64,000 nucleotides of DNA from IMG/VR virus record IMGVR_UViG_2558860454_000004; one strand, written 5' to 3'. The notes beneath the pieces were generated by a model that saw only the letters and a program-made list of their open reading frames with translations, searched no databases and was not told where the DNA came from. Below are positions 39,182-59,054 of this stretch, piece by piece (within the stretch, counting starts at the first letter, position 1; every line of letters begins with the position of its first letter). This DNA comes from a virus. The translations under genes were made by a program, and so were the position numbers.

Positions 39182-39285
39182 GATCGGTAACAACGATCAA
39201 TTAACGAGCAAACAATAACTTTAAACTATCAAAGTTTACATTATTGATCGTTTATATCGATCAAAGTAATTTGTAGTGCTACACT
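39182..39285 (+). promoter_or_regulatory. gtr promoter with Dam/OxyR phase-variation switch
   Basis: Four GATC sites in two pairs spaced 13 bp (39182/39195; 39246/39259); -10-like TACACT. Confidence 0.85.
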
Positions 39286-39316
39286 CCAGACCTTTCCGAA
39301 TCCGCTGATTTTCATA

Positions 39317-39679
39317 ATGTTGAAGTTATTCGCTAAGTACACATCGATCGGTGTTCTTAACACGCTTATTCATTGGGGCGTATTTGCTTTTTGTGTGTAT
39401 GGGATGCATACGCATCAGGCGCTGGCGAACTTTTCCGGTTTTGTTATCGCCGTATCGTTCAGCTTCTATGCCAATGCGCGTTTCACCTTTAATGCCACCA
39501 CCACCACGCTTCGCTACATGATGTATGTGGGATTCATGGGAACACTGAGCGCTGTTGTTGGCTGGATGGCTGACCAATGTTCCTTGCCACCATTGATTAC
39601 CCTTATCACTTTCTCGGCAATTAGCCTGGTATGCGGCTTTATCTATTCCAGATTCATTGTTTTCAGGGATATAAGATGA
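39317..39679 (+). CDS. gtrA: Bactoprenol-glucose flippase GtrA
   Basis: 120 aa, [20 protein letters not shown]. Confidence 0.97.
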   Translation: MLKLFAKYTSIGVLNTLIHWGVFAFCVYGMHTHQALANFSGFVIAVSFSFYANARFTFNATTTTLRYMMYVGFMGTLSAVVGWMADQCSLPPLITLITFSAISLVCGFIYSRFIVFRDIR

Positions 39680-40608
39680 AAATCTCTCTTGTCGTTCCAG
39701 TTTTTAACGAAGAAGACACGATACCGATTTTCTATAAAACGGTACGTGAGTTTAATGAGCTAAAAGAATATGAAATTGAGATCGTTTTTATTAATGATGG
39801 TAGTAAAGATGCGACTGAATCAATAATTAACAAAATAGCCGCATCTGATCCGCTCGTTATTCCGCTTTCGTTTACGCGAAACTTCGGTAAAGAACCTGCT
39901 CTTTTCGCGGGTCTCGACCATGCAACCGGAGATGCGGTCATTCCTATTGATGTCGATTTACAGGATCCGATAGAAGTTATCCCTCATCTCATTGAGAAGT
40001 GGCAGGCTGGCGCGGATATGGTGCTGGCTAAGCGCTCAGACCGCTCAACTGATGGGAGGTTGAAGCGTAAGACAGCTGAGTGGTTTTATAAGCTGCACAA
40101 TAAAATCAGCAATCCAAAAATCGAAGAAAATGTTGGCGACTTTCGGTTAATGAGCCGTGCGGTTGTCGAGAACATCAAACAAATGCCAGAACGCAACTTG
40201 TTTATGAAGGGTGTGCTCAGTTGGGTTGGCGGAAAAACGGATGTTGTTAAATATGCCCGTGCCGAACGCGTGGCCGGTGATTCGAAATTCAACGGCTGGA
40301 AATTATGGAACCTGGCGCTGGAGGGAATAACTTCTTTCTCAACATTTCCGCTCCGCATATGGACTTACATTGGATTGTTTATTGCAGGTATGTCATTCCT
40401 TTACGGTGCATGGATGATTATTGATAAATTAATATTTGGAAATAATGTTCCTGGCTACCCGTCTCTTCTTGTTTCTGTTCTTTTCCTGGGTGGCGTTCAA
40501 TTGATAGGAATAGGTATTCTTGGAGAATATATTGGTAGAATTTACATAGAAACCAAACAGCGGCCTAAATACATATTAAAGCGTAAGGGTTTTAAAAGTG
40601 AAATTTAA
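39676..40608 (+). CDS. gtrB: Bactoprenol glucosyltransferase GtrB
   Basis: [24 protein letters not shown]; 310 aa. Confidence 0.97.
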   Translation: MKISLVVPVFNEEDTIPIFYKTVREFNELKEYEIEIVFINDGSKDATESIINKIAASDPLVIPLSFTRNFGKEPALFAGLDHATGDAVIPIDVDLQDPIEVIPHLIEKWQAGADMVLAKRSDRSTDGRLKRKTAEWFYKLHNKISNPKIEENVGDFRLMSRAVVENIKQMPERNLFMKGVLSWVGGKTDVVKYARAERVAGDSKFNGWKLWNLALEGITSFSTFPLRIWTYIGLFIAGMSFLYGAWMIIDKLIFGNNVPGYPSLLVSVLFLGGVQLIGIGILGEYIGRIYIETKQRPKYILKRKGFKSEI

Positions 40609-42055
40609 TAGTAATGACAGGATATTTATATCAATCTTTCTTGGATTGGCGATTATATATACATTTCCTTTATTGACACATCAATCATTTTTCGTTGATG
40701 ACTTGGGTAGGTCTTTATATGGCGGGTTGGGTTGGTCAGGCAATGGTCGCCCACTTTCCGACTTTATTTTCTATATCATTAATTTTGGAACCCCAATTAT
40801 AGATGCTTCTCCGCTACCTTTAATGCTAGGGATAGTTATTTTAGCATTGGCACTATCCTGCATCAGGGAAAAGCTGTTTGGAGATGACTACATCACAGCA
40901 TCTCTTTGTTTTATGATGATTTTGGCAAACCCATTCTTTATTGAAAATCTATCATATAGATATGATTCATTAACAATGTGCATGAGTGTGGCAATATCTA
41001 TTATCTCATCGTATGTCGCTTATCAATACAAGCCTATAAATATCATAATATCATCCATTTTAACCATTGCATTCCTTAGTCTTTATCAGGCTGCGCTGAA
41101 TACTTACGCAATATTCTTGTTGGCCTTTATAATTTCAGATGTGGTTAAGAAAAACTCAATTTCAAATATCACAAAAAATACAGCATCTTCTGTCGCTGGT
41201 TTAATAGTAGGATATTTTGCCTATTCTTACTTTATTGCAAAAAGACTTGTAACAGGTTCTTACAATATCGAACATAGTAAGATTATAGAGATAAACTCAA
41301 GTTTATTTGAAGGGATAATTTCTAACGTCTTATCATTTTATAGAATGTTTAGCACGATCTTGAATGGCGATAATTACTTAATCTACTACTCGCTATTCTT
41401 TGCGCTAATCATTTCTTTGATAGTCATAGTTTTAAAAGTAATCAAAAGAGATGAAAATAAGAAAACAAAGTTCTTGCTAGTAGTTTTAATTTTATTGGCA
41501 TCAATGTTTTTCATCATTGGACCAATGATTTTTCTAAAATCACCAATATACGCACCGAGGGTATTGATTGGTATGGGTGGCTTTATGTTTTTTTGTTGCC
41601 TATGCGTATTCTATGCTTTTGAAGATAAGCAGTTAATATCAAGAATATATTTTTCTTTTATTCTTTTAATATCAACAATATTTTCTTATGGTGCTTACAA
41701 TGCCATAAATGCACAGTTTCAGCTTGAGGAAAGCATTGTAAATAGAATATCTCAAGACATAGATCATCTTGGATTTGGAAGAGACAAGAAAAATATAAAA
41801 TTCATTGGCACAGAACCGTATGCATCAATAAATGAAAACATAGTAATAAAGCATCCTTTAATGAGAGAGTTAATACCACGCATTATTAACAATAATTGGA
41901 TGTGGTCAGAGGTGTTAATGCAAAGAAATGTGTTCTCCAGAAATTACAGACTATATGACAAAGAGGTGAAACTTGAAAATGGGTGGAAAAAATCTGGTAA
42001 TAACGTATACGATATTGGTGTTGTAGGGGAAACCATAGTTGTTAGGTTTAATTAG
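40598..42055 (+). CDS. gtrC: O-antigen glucosyltransferase GtrC (P22 type)
   Basis: 485 aa multi-TM, AT-rich, third gene of gtr operon. Confidence 0.92.
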   Translation: MKFNSNDRIFISIFLGLAIIYTFPLLTHQSFFVDDLGRSLYGGLGWSGNGRPLSDFIFYIINFGTPIIDASPLPLMLGIVILALALSCIREKLFGDDYITASLCFMMILANPFFIENLSYRYDSLTMCMSVAISIISSYVAYQYKPINIIISSILTIAFLSLYQAALNTYAIFLLAFIISDVVKKNSISNITKNTASSVAGLIVGYFAYSYFIAKRLVTGSYNIEHSKIIEINSSLFEGIISNVLSFYRMFSTILNGDNYLIYYSLFFALIISLIVIVLKVIKRDENKKTKFLLVVLILLASMFFIIGPMIFLKSPIYAPRVLIGMGGFMFFCCLCVFYAFEDKQLISRIYFSFILLISTIFSYGAYNAINAQFQLEESIVNRISQDIDHLGFGRDKKNIKFIGTEPYASINENIVIKHPLMRELIPRIINNNWMWSEVLMQRNVFSRNYRLYDKEVKLENGWKKSGNNVYDIGVVGETIVVRFN

Positions 42056-42075
42056 CTATAGAACATTTACCATAA

Positions 42076-42107
42076 AATAAAAATGGGTGTTTACACCCAT
42101 TTTTATT
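42076..42107. terminator. Bidirectional terminator between gtrC and tailspike
   Basis: 15-bp stem AATAAAAATGGGTGT / ACACCCATTTTTATT. Confidence 0.85.
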
Positions 42108-42113
42108 ACATAT

Positions 42114-44117
42114 CTAAAGTGTTGCTAAGGTTAATCTAACTAATTCTCCATTGGGTTTTTTCACTAAAGCCTTTAAAGAAGTAGAATTATTTTCCCAATA
42201 TGGCAAAAAACATGAGGAATCCTTTATAAAATCATCTGACGCGATGTCAGGGACAAATGGTATCTCTGCCCCCCTGCAATCTTTGTGGTTAACTTTTAAT
42301 GATACAGCGTCAGGTGTGTTACCTGAAATAGCAGTAAGTTGAGTCCACGCTGAGCCAGAACCGGGCCCCCCGTTAATGTGGGAGTACAATGCTCCGCTAT
42401 CTAAGGTCTTTGATAACTTATGAATCCGCAGTTTAATCGCTGCGCTATCATAGCCGAAACTATTAGCGCGGATATTACCTAACCCTTCTTCTGCCAAATT
42501 AGCAACATTAATTCTAGAGGGGTCTACCATCCCGGTGATACCGCTTACGGTAGAGTTAGGGGCGTCTATGGTTAGACCCTGCCCATCGGTTGAGCGGATC
42601 CCAATTAAACGTAAACCGTTCACACGGCAAGCCCCAGATATATAAATCTGATTAGCCTGGAAATCCTTAGTATTGGTATCAATTATGGCTATATTGGTAA
42701 ATACTGATTCATGGGTGAGTAGGTACGCGCCAGAGCCAGCGCAATCTTCTACGGTAATATTAGACACATACATGCCCTTACCATCCATACCAAAACCTAC
42801 ACCTAACGCCCCGCGAACCAGAAGATTATCAATCAGGTGATTTAGGGGTAACTGATGCAGTGGGTATTGGGTTATAGGGTAGTCCCCAGGCCTGTCCAAC
42901 TCCGGATTCATGTCAGTGTCAGCACCTAAATCGAATCCGTCCCATACGGGGTAAATAACGACCGAGTCGCGGAATTGCAGATTATAGTTGCGAGAGGTTG
43001 TCGAGCCCACAGTACCTTGCCAAGTTTTAACACCACTCTCCCCAGCGCGATATGAAGTAAACCCAATAACTCCACCATCACGTTCAAAGCCACCATTATT
43101 ACGTAAAAATTGGGCGCTACTTACTGATCCATAGCTGGTTCGTCCGCCAATGACATAGTTACCCTTACCCCAATCGCCGCTAAGGTTTTCGAAGGTTATA
43201 ATGCCATCTTTACCTCCGCTTGGATTATTGGCGTCTACCATCTTGCAGAAGTGACACCCTCTAAACAAAAAACCAGCCATTAGACCGCTAGCCCGATGAA
43301 CTTCGACCCCTATACATTCTCTAATTTCTAACGTAGACGTTATGTTTTGCCCTTTTGCATTAGGTGGGAGTAACGTTTCTATTCCTGGGAATTTAACGTA
43401 ATCGCTTACGGTTGGCTGATACCCATCGGTTTTCGATTGTTTTAAAGTGGCAACGACCGCTGCGGCATCCGTTAGCCACTGATTGTCATCCGTCCAAGGC
43501 TTGATAACCCATGGTGTTGTAGTGCTTTCCATAAAAACCCCGGCAATGCGGGAACCTTTGCCTAATTTCGTAAAAATAAGATTTCCATCTCCTATAAACT
43601 TAGCTTTACATTCTATAGTCAGAACCTTACCACCAAAATCAACTTTCTCTCCATTATAAAAATGATAATCAACATCGATAAGAAGGCCATCAACCGCAGC
43701 AGATGCTGCATCCTGCAATGTTGGATAATCTGATAATTTTACTGAATACTTAAATTTTTTATCAGCTTCTATTGAATATTGATCTGGATCGTACTTCAAT
43801 ACGTTAGCAATATAGTCAACCTGAGAACCATTGGCATCATAGATAGCCATGCTATGACCCTGAACGGTGACAATTTTCACCAGTTGGCCGTTGTATACGA
43901 TTTTACCGGCTGCGTTGATAATTAGCGGCTGAGCAATCTGGACGTGAGAGCCATCCTCATTTTCAATGTATACGGGTATCTGATTGGCAGGATTAACAGG
44001 ATCGGTATCAATCTGACCAATGTAAATTTTCCCATTCGCAACAGCTTTAAACGAACGGGATTCAGTGAAGACGGGACGAGGGTTAGAAACAACTACGTTT
44101 GCAGTGATATCTGTCAT
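42114..44117 (-). CDS. Tailspike endorhamnosidase (P22 gp9)
   Basis: 667 aa, [15 protein letters not shown] head-binding domain, P22-like beta-helix through VRLTLATL. Confidence 0.97.
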   Translation of the reverse strand: MTDITANVVVSNPRPVFTESRSFKAVANGKIYIGQIDTDPVNPANQIPVYIENEDGSHVQIAQPLIINAAGKIVYNGQLVKIVTVQGHSMAIYDANGSQVDYIANVLKYDPDQYSIEADKKFKYSVKLSDYPTLQDAASAAVDGLLIDVDYHFYNGEKVDFGGKVLTIECKAKFIGDGNLIFTKLGKGSRIAGVFMESTTTPWVIKPWTDDNQWLTDAAAVVATLKQSKTDGYQPTVSDYVKFPGIETLLPPNAKGQNITSTLEIRECIGVEVHRASGLMAGFLFRGCHFCKMVDANNPSGGKDGIITFENLSGDWGKGNYVIGGRTSYGSVSSAQFLRNNGGFERDGGVIGFTSYRAGESGVKTWQGTVGSTTSRNYNLQFRDSVVIYPVWDGFDLGADTDMNPELDRPGDYPITQYPLHQLPLNHLIDNLLVRGALGVGFGMDGKGMYVSNITVEDCAGSGAYLLTHESVFTNIAIIDTNTKDFQANQIYISGACRVNGLRLIGIRSTDGQGLTIDAPNSTVSGITGMVDPSRINVANLAEEGLGNIRANSFGYDSAAIKLRIHKLSKTLDSGALYSHINGGPGSGSAWTQLTAISGNTPDAVSLKVNHKDCRGAEIPFVPDIASDDFIKDSSCFLPYWENNSTSLKALVKKPNGELVRLTLATL

Positions 44118-44172
44118 TTAATGTGCTCCAGATGAAAGTAATCGTCGCAGCGTGGCTACGGCAATGCGTCAT

Positions 44173-44191
44173 TAAGACCACGGTGGTCTTA
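44173..44191. promoter_or_regulatory. Mnt-type operator variant
   Basis: Perfect palindrome TAAGACCAC-G-GTGGTCTTA; P22 Omnt core is AGGTCCACGGTGGACCT. Confidence 0.8.
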
Positions 44192-44252
44192 TTGTGGATA
44201 CAACCAGTAGATCATATGATGCCGATCCACTTACAAAAGTGAGGCATCAGAA

Positions 44253-44501
44253 ATGGGAAGAGATGACCCGCAATTTAACCTCAGGCTACCCTACGAGCTG
44301 AAAGAAAAGGTTAAGCAGAGGGCAAAGGCAAACGGAAGGTCACTAAATGCAGAGCTAGTGCAGATAGTGGCTGATTCACTTGAAAAGCCTACGCCTGTAA
44401 TCGGATACAGGGATGATGCTGAACGCGAAGCAGACATCGTATCCAGAGAAATTCAAGAATTAGTATTCGAAAAGTTGAAAGATTTCTATCGAAAAAAATA
44501 G
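44253..44501 (+). CDS. mnt: Mnt-like ribbon-helix-helix repressor
   Basis: 82 aa, RDDPQFNLRLP...RA.ANGRSLNAELVQIV...GYRDDAER. Confidence 0.9.
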   Translation: MGRDDPQFNLRLPYELKEKVKQRAKANGRSLNAELVQIVADSLEKPTPVIGYRDDAEREADIVSREIQELVFEKLKDFYRKK

Positions 44502-44521
44502 CCCGGCGAACCGGGCTTTAC

Positions 44522-44824
44522 TCATTTTTTGCAAGCTATATACATGCTTCTTGATATGGTGTTTGTTGCAAATGCGTTGCCAGTACTTCCGTCAATGTTT
44601 GCAATAGCTCCCTGATCACTACCAGTGCTAATCAGGTCATAGCCTTTTGAACCACAAAGATCTCCGGCCTTGGCCTGACACATAGCCCATGAACCACCTA
44701 CTCCAGAGCATTCTATGGTATATGCCTCTCTTCCATCTGGAGCATACGTTTTTGTTGCTGTAGCGCACCCAGCGAGAAATACACAAAAACAGCCAACCAT
44801 CACACCTTTTTTCATTATCATCAC
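44522..44824 (-). CDS. Small lipoprotein in the sieA slot
   Basis: Lipobox FLAGC, four further Cys; between gene 16 and mnt. Confidence 0.75.
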   Translation of the reverse strand: MMIMKKGVMVGCFCVFLAGCATATKTYAPDGREAYTIECSGVGGSWAMCQAKAGDLCGSKGYDLISTGSDQGAIANIDGSTGNAFATNTISRSMYIACKK

Positions 44825-44893
44825 CCAATTAAGTAAGGGATTCAGATAATATATAGATCAAAGAATGATCTCTATTGGTTCCTACGAGGATTT

Positions 44894-44965
44894 ATGAACA
44901 GAGACTTATTGAACTTTGCATTCCTTATCTTCGGCATCGTAGTTGGTAGACTGCTATTCGCTTAA
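44894..44965 (+). CDS. 23-aa hydrophobic peptide
   Basis: GAGGA SD then MNRDLLNFAFLIFGIVVGRLLFA*; converges on gene 16 stop. Confidence 0.55.
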   Translation: MNRDLLNFAFLIFGIVVGRLLFA

Positions 44966-46930
44966 TGCATCTGATTTAGCACCTTGAGCAACAGAGTTAA
45001 CAGCCCGCTCAACTTCGGCTAACGCTTTCTCGAATGCGGTAGAACCACGTGGAGTATTAGCCAGGCGAAGCATTGCATTACGTGCTGGTTCACTCTCATA
45101 CATTCTTGCCAGCAAACCATACCCGCCACCAACACCTACCAGAGCAGGGGTAGTTACCGTTCCAATACCTAGGATGAACGGTATAGTTTGCTGACCTGTA
45201 GGCGTTGTTACTCCTGCCTGACCAGCACGCTTGGTTGACTCAAGATAGTTCTTCAGTCCTTTCAGATACGCAGCATCTCGTCCTTTAAAAGCGATTCCCG
45301 TCTGGGTAGACATTAAATTAACCTGGCGCAGGAACTGATCCGGAGAACCGCCTGATTTCTCCATAGCCTTTCCGATGATGCCGTTACGCATCTGAGCGCG
45401 TCCCACCTGACCGACTGACCGGTACAGATTCTGAACTTCTGATTTATTCTTGCTGAACAACATGTTGTTGACAACTTCAGGAGTTAGATCCCCTTTCATC
45501 AGAACGTTCTTCAAGCGGGTATTCTGGAGCTTACTAGCCTCATCTGCGTATACCGCATTGGCCTGCTTGTATCTGCGCAGAGTGTCGTTTCCAAGGTTCT
45601 GGCCAATGGAGTTATCAATGTCTCCTGTCATTGCCCTGTATACACGCTGCACTGCCGCCTCAGCTGGCGGTGGCATTTGTGTCCTTTCTCCTCTGACATC
45701 CATCCTAAACTGCGTTCTCAGTCTGCTTAACTGTTCCAGGTTAACATCACCTTTAGCCAATTCATTCCTGTATGCCTGAAGTTTGCTAATTGTATCCGTG
45801 TCGGCAACTTGTCCTAATTTTTGCAGTTTTCCAATCTCATCATCTATCTGCTGAATTGCTCGCGTTGGCTGAATGTTGACTCCTGTCATTGCGCTCTGAA
45901 CTTGCTCAAGACGGTTCCCTGCTGCTTTCCGAATTCCTGATGTTTTTGCCTTCAGGCTGCCAATAACAATTGACGGATCATACTCACCAAACCGTGATGC
46001 AAATTCATCTACCAACTGGCTGCGCGCTTCTTGCTGATTAGCTCGCATAGTGCTTGTTCCAGCAAATGGGATGTTTTCAGCGGTGGTCTGTGCCATGCGC
46101 CCGACGCGGGAATTTGGCTGCAAAACGTCAGTTGTATGCAAAGGAACATCAGCAGCATTAGCGAACTGAATAGCCTGCTGCGCTTCTGGTGCGATCGTCC
46201 CGCGAATCCCACGATAAGCAGCACCAGCGGCACGGCCTAACTGATTTATTGCCCCGCCTAATGCAACACCAGTTCCTAAGTCTGTTGCCAGTGCTCCTGG
46301 ATTATCACGCTCACTGTTTGCAGCCAATGAACCAACAGCGTTCTCCGCCAACAAGCGTGATGCACCCTGAGCAACTCGACCGGCAATAGATGATGCCTGC
46401 GCTGCAATTCTCTCGGCCCCAACAGGAGTCAAATATGGCAGTGCTTCAGAGAAGATTTTGCCTTCTGTCGTCTGTGGAGTAAGCGCACCTTGTTGCAAGC
46501 CAAAGTCCTGCTCAAGTCCTTGTGTCGTGACGCGAGGCGATGGCTGATAAGTTCCGTCACCAATGCCAAGCTTCTGACCAGCCCATGCCCCGGCGCTGGC
46601 GACTGCATCAGCCATTGATGCCGGGATATTTGCCAGATTAACGCCAGCCTGAAGCAATCCACGCCCCGTCTCCGCAGCAGCATTGCTAAGGTCAGACATG
46701 AAGCCACCTTGTTGCTGTGGCTGCGCCGGTCCATGTGGTTGTTTTGCTGGTTGTTGAGCCGTTGGAGGTGGATAAGCAGCATAGAAAGCCTGTTTAGCCT
46801 GTTCGGCATCGTTTCCGGCTTGCGGTGCTACTACTTCATTGAAGTATTGCTCCTGCGCCTGTGCTTTCTGCTCTGGTGCTAATGCCTGGTACTTTTGAGA
46901 GGCAATAACGTCTTTCCATGCCTTAGCCAT
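44954..46930 (-). CDS. DNA ejection protein gp16
   Basis: 658 aa, third ejection gene by synteny. Confidence 0.85.
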   Translation of the reverse strand: MAKAWKDVIASQKYQALAPEQKAQAQEQYFNEVVAPQAGNDAEQAKQAFYAAYPPPTAQQPAKQPHGPAQPQQQGGFMSDLSNAAAETGRGLLQAGVNLANIPASMADAVASAGAWAGQKLGIGDGTYQPSPRVTTQGLEQDFGLQQGALTPQTTEGKIFSEALPYLTPVGAERIAAQASSIAGRVAQGASRLLAENAVGSLAANSERDNPGALATDLGTGVALGGAINQLGRAAGAAYRGIRGTIAPEAQQAIQFANAADVPLHTTDVLQPNSRVGRMAQTTAENIPFAGTSTMRANQQEARSQLVDEFASRFGEYDPSIVIGSLKAKTSGIRKAAGNRLEQVQSAMTGVNIQPTRAIQQIDDEIGKLQKLGQVADTDTISKLQAYRNELAKGDVNLEQLSRLRTQFRMDVRGERTQMPPPAEAAVQRVYRAMTGDIDNSIGQNLGNDTLRRYKQANAVYADEASKLQNTRLKNVLMKGDLTPEVVNNMLFSKNKSEVQNLYRSVGQVGRAQMRNGIIGKAMEKSGGSPDQFLRQVNLMSTQTGIAFKGRDAAYLKGLKNYLESTKRAGQAGVTTPTGQQTIPFILGIGTVTTPALVGVGGGYGLLARMYESEPARNAMLRLANTPRGSTAFEKALAEVERAVNSVAQGAKSDALSE

Positions 46931-48366
46931 TAATCACCCCATAGTGAAGAAAAGTTGCTGTTGGATGCAGGCTGTGATTCCTGTACAGGTTGAGATTGCT
47001 GATACTGCGATTTACCAACATTAACGTTGTACTGCTTGTTATAATTGTTGGTGTATTCCTGAATCTCACGAATCGACTGCTGCATAGCCTCCGGGCTTGA
47101 GTAGTCAACCTGCGGCATACCCTGAAAATACATCTTTGCTTCTGCAATGGTGTTGATACCGCTAGCACCCATATCTCTTGCTGCTGCCACGCCCTGATTC
47201 TGCATTCTTCCCTGAATACGTTGTGCGGAGTTATATAACTGTCGTTGTTCTTTGCCTGTGAGTCGGCTGCGAACATCTGCACCAATTGCCGGATTTCCTG
47301 CTCCGCCAGTCATTCCAGTCATGAAATCGAGAGCAGAAGCATCTGCGTTTGCGATTGCATCGATATCTTTCTTCATCGCGTAGTTCTGTGCGCTTGCCGC
47401 AGACGTTGGAGGTGCTGCAATAGCACTTGCCGGGACACGAACCATATTTCCGTTATCGTCAGTACCTTCGTAAAATGCACTAGCGCCAGATCCATGCAGC
47501 TTGCCATTGACATTAACAGTACGCCCGTCTGCTAATTGCACAACATTTTCCCCACCTGCATCCGGCCTGCCACGAACACGAAGATAATTTTTTTGTTGTT
47601 CTGGCGACAAACTATTGAAATACTGATATTCACGGACTGATGCCGGAACCGCCCCGCCCGCAGAACGTAGCGAGTTTTGGGTACTAATATCCTGCCCCCT
47701 TCGAGCGGTAGCGGCACTAATATCCTGCCCTCTTGCGGTTAACTGGTTTCTTTCTCCTTCAAGTTGGCGACCAACCATCTTATCCTGAACAGCAAACGCC
47801 TTTTCTGTCCCAAGCGCACCGAGAGACATCGTAGTCAACATGTGTGATAGCTGTTCTGGATTCTGTACTCCAGTCTGGATCATCCAGTCTGGATTAGCGC
47901 CAACACGGTTTAACCTGTCCTTGTTATCAGTAATGAATTTACTGTAGGCTTCCGGCCCCTGAGAAAGAGCGACGTTAGCCTTCATGGCTAAATCGCCCAT
48001 ATCGTTACGCTGCTGCTCATTAAGACCGGAAAACGCCTGTTGTGCCTGTGCAACAAACGCCGGGTTTTCCTGCGCGAACTTGATGAGTCCTGAATTGTCG
48101 CCAGTAGCCCATGCGTTGGCATGAACCTGATTGAATGCGTTTAGCGCTTTCTGTTGCTGTTCCTGGTTATAAATATCAGCAACTCCAGCCAGACCACGCA
48201 GCCCTGTTAAAGCCACATTATTAGCGCCTGAACGGGCCAACTCATTGTTTTCGCGAATCAGTCCAAGCGTTGCGTTAATGTCGCTTGCCTTTGGCGCGTT
48301 CTCATTTTGCGCACCAATGCCAGCCAGAAAACCACCAGAATTAATACCCTGTTGCCACGTAGCCAT
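46930..48366 (-). CDS. DNA ejection protein gp20
   Basis: [19 protein letters not shown]-terminus. Confidence 0.88.
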   Translation of the reverse strand: MATWQQGINSGGFLAGIGAQNENAPKASDINATLGLIRENNELARSGANNVALTGLRGLAGVADIYNQEQQQKALNAFNQVHANAWATGDNSGLIKFAQENPAFVAQAQQAFSGLNEQQRNDMGDLAMKANVALSQGPEAYSKFITDNKDRLNRVGANPDWMIQTGVQNPEQLSHMLTTMSLGALGTEKAFAVQDKMVGRQLEGERNQLTARGQDISAATARRGQDISTQNSLRSAGGAVPASVREYQYFNSLSPEQQKNYLRVRGRPDAGGENVVQLADGRTVNVNGKLHGSGASAFYEGTDDNGNMVRVPASAIAAPPTSAASAQNYAMKKDIDAIANADASALDFMTGMTGGAGNPAIGADVRSRLTGKEQRQLYNSAQRIQGRMQNQGVAAARDMGASGINTIAEAKMYFQGMPQVDYSSPEAMQQSIREIQEYTNNYNKQYNVNVGKSQYQQSQPVQESQPASNSNFSSLWGD

Positions 48367-48376
48367 TGATTACCCC

Positions 48377-49066
48377 TTAAAACAACGAGCCAAGCAGACC
48401 AAGACCGCCGCCGATCGCAGCCCCCCACGGAGTTGATGAACCAATTAATTTCGCAAGTCCAGCCCCAGCAATAGCACCAGACGCACCTCCGCCAATAGCA
48501 GATTGCATTGCTGATGGTCTGTTGGCATTTGCCGCTGCAAGAGCCGCGCTTTGCTGTGAAATCTGGCTCATATTGTTGGCATATGTCTGTCCGGCGTTTG
48601 CCTGCCCCTGAAGCGCACCAAGACCAATATTTGCAAGGTTCTGATAGTTATTCATCTGACCTGACAGCCATTGCTGACCAAGTGTTGGGGCGATTGCTGC
48701 AAGCTGGTTACTGGTCGCTGTAGAACCAAGGCCACCTGTTGCTTCTGCCGCTGCCAGATTCTGATAGCGAGCCTGCCCCACAAAGTCCTGGTATTGTTGG
48801 GAGTTATAGTAATTATTAAGCGCCTGCCCCTGACCTTCGAGAGACGATAAACCTTCAAGACTGCCGATATACTTATCTGCCAGAGGAGTAAACGGCTTCA
48901 GGTTGTTCATGATGGTGTTGAACTGCTGGTTTTGCAGGTCTGCGGCATACTTTTGCGCTTCTGCTGCATACTTTGCGCTTTTATCTGCGCCACCTTTTCC
49001 GCCTTTTTCAGGATAATAAGGTTCCTCACCGCGCAGTTTTCTGCCCAGCGTAAATGCATATAACAT
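48377..49066 (-). CDS. DNA ejection protein gp7
   Basis: MLYAFTLGRKLRGEEPYYPEKGGKGG; 229 aa. Confidence 0.92.
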   Translation of the reverse strand: MLYAFTLGRKLRGEEPYYPEKGGKGGADKSAKYAAEAQKYAADLQNQQFNTIMNNLKPFTPLADKYIGSLEGLSSLEGQGQALNNYYNSQQYQDFVGQARYQNLAAAEATGGLGSTATSNQLAAIAPTLGQQWLSGQMNNYQNLANIGLGALQGQANAGQTYANNMSQISQQSAALAAANANRPSAMQSAIGGGASGAIAGAGLAKLIGSSTPWGAAIGGGLGLLGSLF

Positions 49067-49068
49067 GT

Positions 49069-49524
49069 TTATCTCCCGTGATTCAGGAAGTCGATTAGTT
49101 CTTCGCGTGTGGCGCTGTAAAACGTCACGTCATCCACGCCTTTGAAGTATTTCTTGATGGTTCCTACACGCTTAAGACCAATCATTGCGCAGTACATCTG
49201 ACCGTGGCGAAATTTGCGTGCAGCAAATGATGTAACGCACTGAACGGTGGTATTGGTAAGAATATATCGCCAGAACGTCAGCCCGATTTCCTTACTGAAT
49301 CCGCGAATCTCAGGCAGGTACATGGCGTGGCAGTCAAAGGTCAGCGGCTGAATCTCGTTGTAATACACGATGCCACCGAACTGACCATGTACGTTCACTT
49401 CGAAATAGCGGCACTCAGGTTTGTAGTCGTATCCGTCACCGTTGTTACTCCCGGCGATGATGTCGGGATGATTGCCGACCGTTTCTATCAGGTCGATGTT
49501 GCGTGTTGGAATGAATGTAATCAT
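49069..49524 (-). CDS. gp14 (virion assembly, acetyltransferase-like)
   Basis: 151 aa, [14 protein letters not shown]. Confidence 0.9.
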   Translation of the reverse strand: MITFIPTRNIDLIETVGNHPDIIAGSNNGDGYDYKPECRYFEVNVHGQFGGIVYYNEIQPLTFDCHAMYLPEIRGFSKEIGLTFWRYILTNTTVQCVTSFAARKFRHGQMYCAMIGLKRVGTIKKYFKGVDDVTFYSATREELIDFLNHGR

Positions 49525-50225
49525 CAGTTGATTAATCCATGAGTTCGTATTGCATCTTCGAGAGCTTTGATACGCTGTCGCGCCTGCTGCAATCCGGTAG
49601 CCAGAGCTGATACCTCAGACTGCGTATATGTGGCACTGACCGTGTATGCCTGGTTAGCGTTGAATGCACCGAGAAGCGCAGCGCCTGTTGCTGCTGTCCA
49701 TCCGGTCTGTCGAGCACCGATAACTTTAGTACCGCCAACTGAATAGGACGTTGTCACGTTGAGAGGTGACGCCAGCGATTGTGTTGCGGTAGCTGTTTTC
49801 GATACGTAATCAACCTGCAATGCAGAAATATTTCCTTCAGCCGTCGTCACTCTACCATCAAGAGCACTGACATCAGCCTGCAAGGTGACTATTTCTCCTT
49901 CAGCCGTGGTTAGTCTGACATCCAGCGCCGCAATTGCATTGGTATTTGCAGTAATACGGATTTCATGGTCGTCTACGTCGATGCGTAACTGCTGAATTTT
50001 CGCTTCGTGGTCTGCAAGCTCAACATCCTGCTCATCGTTCTTTACCTGCGCGTCATAGGCACCTTGCCCTGCTTCGTTTGCCTTTCCCGCAATAGCGCCA
50101 ACGTCAGCCCCCTGCGCGATTACGTAGAGCAGATAAGACTGGCTGAAGACGTTGCGGGGGAGGATTGAGGCATCAAGACGAGTGGCCTGAATAATGACAG
50201 GCTTATTAAGTGACGGGTCTGCCAT
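49524..50225 (-). CDS. Tail needle gp26
   Basis: 233 aa, [10 protein letters not shown], heptad repeats. Confidence 0.95.
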   Translation of the reverse strand: MADPSLNKPVIIQATRLDASILPRNVFSQSYLLYVIAQGADVGAIAGKANEAGQGAYDAQVKNDEQDVELADHEAKIQQLRIDVDDHEIRITANTNAIAALDVRLTTAEGEIVTLQADVSALDGRVTTAEGNISALQVDYVSKTATATQSLASPLNVTTSYSVGGTKVIGARQTGWTAATGAALLGAFNANQAYTVSATYTQSEVSALATGLQQARQRIKALEDAIRTHGLIN

Positions 50226-50228
50226 ATG

Positions 50229-52651
<2,423 letters not shown>

Positions 52652-52663
52652 GTGTCACCTCAA

Positions 52664-52686
52664 ATAAGAAAGGGGCCGAAGCCCCT
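52664..52686 (-). terminator. Hairpin/terminator after coat gene
   Basis: AGGGGC-TTCG-GCCCCT then TTCTTATT on minus strand. Confidence 0.7.
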
Positions 52687-52691
52687 GTTAG

Positions 52692-58562
<5,871 letters not shown>

Positions 58563-58585
<23 letters not shown>

Positions 58586-59051
58586 GGTTGAATAGCTCCT
58601 TGATACGAGAGCGGCGCTTATCGCGATCTCCCTTATCAGGTGTCACGTCTTCAAATTGCGACTGCTCTTTGAGGCCCAAATCGCGGGCGATGATGTTAGC
58701 GTTGAGAAGATCAGCGGCTGCGCCGGAGAATTTCTGGTCGTAGATGATTTGCTCTGCTCGCGTAACGACCTCAGATAAGTCTTCTCTCACCCTGTATTGT
58801 CGCCATGTCTCAAGCGTCACATCGAGGAATAGCGTTAGCCCAGTGATGGTCATCGCCCTCATCTTGGCAATAGGCTCTTGTGTAACTTCTCCTTGATATG
58901 AGAAAGCCTTCATCTCCCATAGTGGGTTAGCCTCCACCCACTCGAAGTATTCACAACAAGCAGCCCACAGCGCCTCAGGCGACTCGAATTTCGGGTTACG
59001 CCCATGGCTACTGCGGGCCTCCCAGAATCGGTTGCCCTTTGGTGCTGCCAT
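58563..59051 (-). CDS. Terminase small subunit gp3
   Basis: 162 aa, [18 protein letters not shown]. Confidence 0.97.
58766..58787 (-). other. pac site within gene 3
   Basis: AGAGAAGACTTATCTGAGGTCG, 20/22 to the P22 pac sequence AGAGAAGATTTATCTGAAGTCG as recalled. Confidence 0.8.
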
Positions 59052-59054
59052 AAG

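Noticed and set aside
44118-44252. Functional Pant promoter driving the tailspike
   Set aside because: The position equivalent to the P22 -35 reads TCGGCA and the -10 is also degenerate
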